DNA from: the human T2T-CHM13v2.0 reference genome, Homo sapiens | Length of the DNA: 64,000 bases | Direction: 5' to 3' (one strand) | Assembly (NCBI RefSeq): GCF_009914755.1 | Contig: NC_060930.1 | Part shown: positions 60,425 to 64,000 of the stretch, in pieces | Layout: the number at the start of each line of letters is the position of its first letter | Position numbering within the stretch: the stretch's first letter is position 1 | Position numbers and translations under genes: made by a program | Notes under the pieces: generated by a model | Told to the model about the DNA's origin: nothing | Seen by the model: the letters and a program-made list of their open reading frames with translations, nothing else | Databases searched by the model: none

Positions 60425-62486
60425 AAAAGCACACATCTTTAACCTGGTAATGTGTCCCTACAAAAATCACCATATTGAAGGGCGAAACACTAGAAACCTT
60501 CTCTTTGATGACAGGTAAGAGAGAAGAGTGTTCATCCTTACCCCCTCTATTTAACATAGTTCTTGAGGTCCAACCCAGAAAAATAAGACACAATTCCCGC
60601 ACAGAGAGTGCAAGAGAATCTAAACAAACTTAGAACTAATATGTAGGACTTAGCAAGTTTGCTGTGAATAAAATATAATAGATTTTAAAAACAATTGAAT
60701 TCATATATAACAGCTACAAGTAATAATAAAACATAATATTTTTTAAAAGATTCTATTCTTGACAGTTCTATTTCCCCCCACCACGCCCCACTACCCCCCG
60801 CAAAAAAAAAACCCTCAGTACTCAGAGCTGTGCTTCTGGTTTCTGTAGCTGATTCTCCATTTCACCCTGGACCTGGCTCTTTATCTTGCCACCTGGGAGA
60901 AATTTGATTCTCCCTATGCTTTCTAACTTCAAATATCTACCTAGGTGGTTCTGTACTCCGAGTGTTTATTGATCCATTTAATTATATTCCCAAACTTTTT
61001 TTGAGTAATGACTATATTTCAGGCATTTTCTTTTGGCCAGCATCTATTTAGCAGGTTTTCTTTTTTAGATCTGGAAAATTTGCTCCCAACAGCTGCTCTC
61101 CAGAGCCCCCTAAACACAGCTTGGATAGGCTTTGTTTTGACCCTAGTTTCTGTATAAGATGTTCCTTTCTCCTTATTTTTGCTCACCTTTGATTCTCAGC
61201 CTTTTGGATGTCACAAACTTGTCCCCATAGTCACCTTGAAGAGCCCTTCTAAGGTCAGCTTTGACATTTAAATGACCCTTGTCTGCAGGAAAACAGGGAT
61301 ACAATGCAATGCACATGGAAATATTTCCTCCTGGGCTCTCAAGATTACAGGCAATCTGCTGTTCAGCTTTGTATCTTTTGAGCCTAATAGACAGTCTTGC
61401 AAAAAGAGGGTGCCAGTTATATTTAGAAATGGATTATACAAAACTTCAAACATCCAGAAAACAGAGCAATTTATTTTAGATTTGCCAAGAGGTGATAGGA
61501 AGGGGCTGCTTCATCTCCTCTGTCTCCTTTACCTTCTCTGTCACTGTGCAATCAGACAGGGACCTTCTACAGGTCCTCCACTAACAAGAGGACAAACTGA
61601 ACAAGATTACAAACACAGTCCCCTCCCCCTTAGCTCTTGGTTTGCCCCCGTCTCTTCCTGCCCTGGGCCCATCCCTCCACCACAAGAAGCCCCTGGGGCA
61701 CAGGTGGGGACACTTACCAGTACATCTGCTCAAGCTCCATCCCCTGGAAGCTCTTGGCCATCTGGGCAGAGAACCCAGGGGTCCTCAGTACACAGAGTGG
61801 GATTTCTGAGAGGGTGCAGGCTCTAGGGGGGTGCACTCCATTGGCCCAGACATCTCACTTTGTATAGAAGGGCAGATCTGGGGAGAGGTCTTCTTAGGTG
61901 CCTGGCTCAGGGCAGGCTTTCTTGGGTCTCAGTGTGCAGCCAGGAATACGTCAGCTTGTTTCCTGAAGGATTCTGACTCAATATGCTATCATCATTTTTT
62001 GGGTAGAATTGCAGCATTTGAGAACTTGAAGAGACTTTAGAAATTGCCTCATCCAAAGTGTTCATTAAGTGGGGAAACCAAGGCCAAAAAATAATGAACT
62101 CATTTACTAATGGTCATGTGACAGGGTCAGCGTTAGACAATTAATAGAAAACCAGATTTCTGGAGTCCGGATGATGCTTCTGGTTCGCGTCCTACTAGCT
62201 GTATATTCACAGCACCTATCACTGGAGTTCCTGAATGGGCTGACACATTTATGTTGCCAATTTTGTTGCTAGTGAATAAAACTGACAAACGGTAACCACA
62301 GTGGAACAAACTGGTGAGAGGAGGCCAGAGGAAAATGCAGCCACATGCCCTGTAGCATCTGCATCACTTGGATTTGTCCTCCTTGTGACATAATAAATTT
62401 CCTGAAATGAATAGGGAATGTCATTTAGAATCAGAAGTGGACAACAGCAGGCTATCAGGTAAGCCGAAATGCCAGAAGCTAAGTAG

Positions 62487-62828
<342 letters not shown>

Positions 62829-62870
62829 AGCACTGCATTGTTGACTTCTACTAAAGTTGTTCTTTAGTAG

Positions 62871-63100
62871 TTGGCTTACTGCAACCTCTGCCTCCCAGGT
62901 TCACGCCATTCTCCTGCCTCAGCCTCCCGAGTAGCTGGGACTATAGGTGCCCGCCACCATGCCCGGCTAATTTTTGTATGTTTAGTAGAGAGGGGTTTCA
63001 CTATGTTGGTCAGACTGGTCTTGAACTCCTGACCTCTTGATCCACCTACCTCGTCCTCCCAAAGTGATGGGATTACAGGCGTGAGCCACCATGCCCGGCC
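62871..63100 (-). mobile_element. Tailless, 3'-truncated Alu (AluS/Y-like)
   Basis: Starts at ttggcttactgcaacc and ends atgcccggcc; taaagttgttc at 62852 and 63101. Confidence 0.93.
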
Positions 63101-63279
63101 TAAAGTTGTTCATTTTTATCCCTGCAAGTTTCCCTTCAGAGTAACATCCCCAAGATGACTATACTGGACCAAACCTGGCCTCTTAGGTCAGCCAGCAATT
63201 GGCCTTGAATACTGCAGCTGTAATTCACTGAGTTTGTTTTTTTAGTAAAATGAGATGAGAATAAGAACACAGCCTAGGG

Positions 63280-63473
63280 CAGCGGTCCCAAGCCTTTTGT
63301 TGTTTGGAAGACAACATTTCTGCAGACTGGGGGCAGCAGATGATTTTAGGATGATTTAAGCACATTACATTTATTGTACACTTTATTTCTATTATTATTA
63401 CATTGTAATATATAATGAAATAATTATACAACTCACCATAAAGTAGAATCAGTGGGAGCCCTGAGCTTGTTTT
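63280..63473 (+). mobile_element. MER1B, truncated at the duplication junction
   Basis: cagcggtccc...tggaagacaa...acattacatttattgtacactttatttctattattattacattgtaatatataatgaaataattatacaactcaccata...gggagccctgagcttgtttt. Confidence 0.9.
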
Positions 63474-63776
63474 TATTTTCTTTTTTTTGAGGGGCAGGGT
63501 GGGGTGGGGTGCAGAATTTCACTCTGTTGCCCAGGCTGGAGTGCAATGGCGCATCTCGGCTCACTGCAACCTCTGCCTCCTGGGTTCAAGCAGTTTTCCT
63601 GCCTCAGCCTCCCAAGTAGCTGGGATTACAGGCACCCGGCTAATTTTTGTATTTTTAGTAGAGACGGGTTTTCACCACGTTGTCCAGGCTGGTCTTGAAT
63701 TCCTGACCTCGGGTGATCCACCCACCTCAGCCTCCCAAAGTGTTGGGATTACAGGCATGAGCCACTGTGCCTGGCC
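63474..63776 (-). mobile_element. Alu (duplicated copy of the 62520 Alu)
   Basis: Same right flank gcactgcattgtt; shares the non-consensus caagcagtt and aaagtgttggg. Confidence 0.93.
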
Positions 63777-63949
63777 GGCACTGCATTGTTAACTTCTACT
63801 AAAGTTGTTGAGTAACGTCCCCAAGATGACTATATTGGACCAAACTTGGCCTCTTAGGTCAGCCAGCATTTGGCCTTGAATACTACAGCTGTAGTTCACT
63901 GAGTTTGTTCTTTAGTGACGTGAGACAAGAATGAGAACATAGCTTAGAG

Positions 63950-64000
63950 CAGCGGTCCCCAGCTTTTTTGGCACCAGGGACCAGTTGTGTGGAAGACAAT
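63950..64000 (+). mobile_element. MER1B, second copy (runs off the window)
   Basis: cagcggtccccagcttttttggcaccagggaccagttgtgtggaagacaat. Confidence 0.9.

Larger units (their letters stand above)
57050..60760 (+). mobile_element. Old L1M (ORF2 region, degraded) hosting several later insertions
   Basis: A-rich L1 motifs (ccaattaaaaga, gaggtaaatttat...ttagaaaagaagaaagattgaaa, gaacaactttatgcc, ctatttaacatagttctt). Confidence 0.8.

Noticed and set aside
61272-61826. 184-aa ORF
   Set aside because: No recognisable homology, domain or splice signals; compatible with chance in a locally GC-richer patch.

Overview
Hominid (very probably human) DNA from inside the PHACTR1 gene, transcribed on the + strand. 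The only protein-coding sequence is one 165-bp phase-1/phase-1 exon (25831-25995). It encodes [55 protein letters not shown], which includes the N-terminal basic NLS. The rest is two very long introns filled with Alu, MIR, L1, L2, MLT1, MER31, PABL and hAT-Charlie (MER20, MER58A, MER1B, MER5) repeats and microsatellites. I see no new gene or multi-gene system. What ordinary repeat annotation would not explain is a set of DNA-capture and repair scars: (1) an L1PA2 carrying a 55-nt 3' transduction; (2) a 248-bp non-repeat insert with a poly(A) signal and a 17-bp TSD; (3) a 46-bp near-perfect copy on each side of the exon; (4) a ~265-bp direct repeat bracketing 2.3 kb; (5) a ~0.95-kb Alu/MER1B tandem duplication containing a tailless Alu with a snap-back junction; (6) a twin-primed L1 whose inversion creates a chimeric 370-aa RT ORF. 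All repeat calls come from recognising consensus sequences by eye. Boundaries of old repeats are approximate and subfamily calls are tentative.
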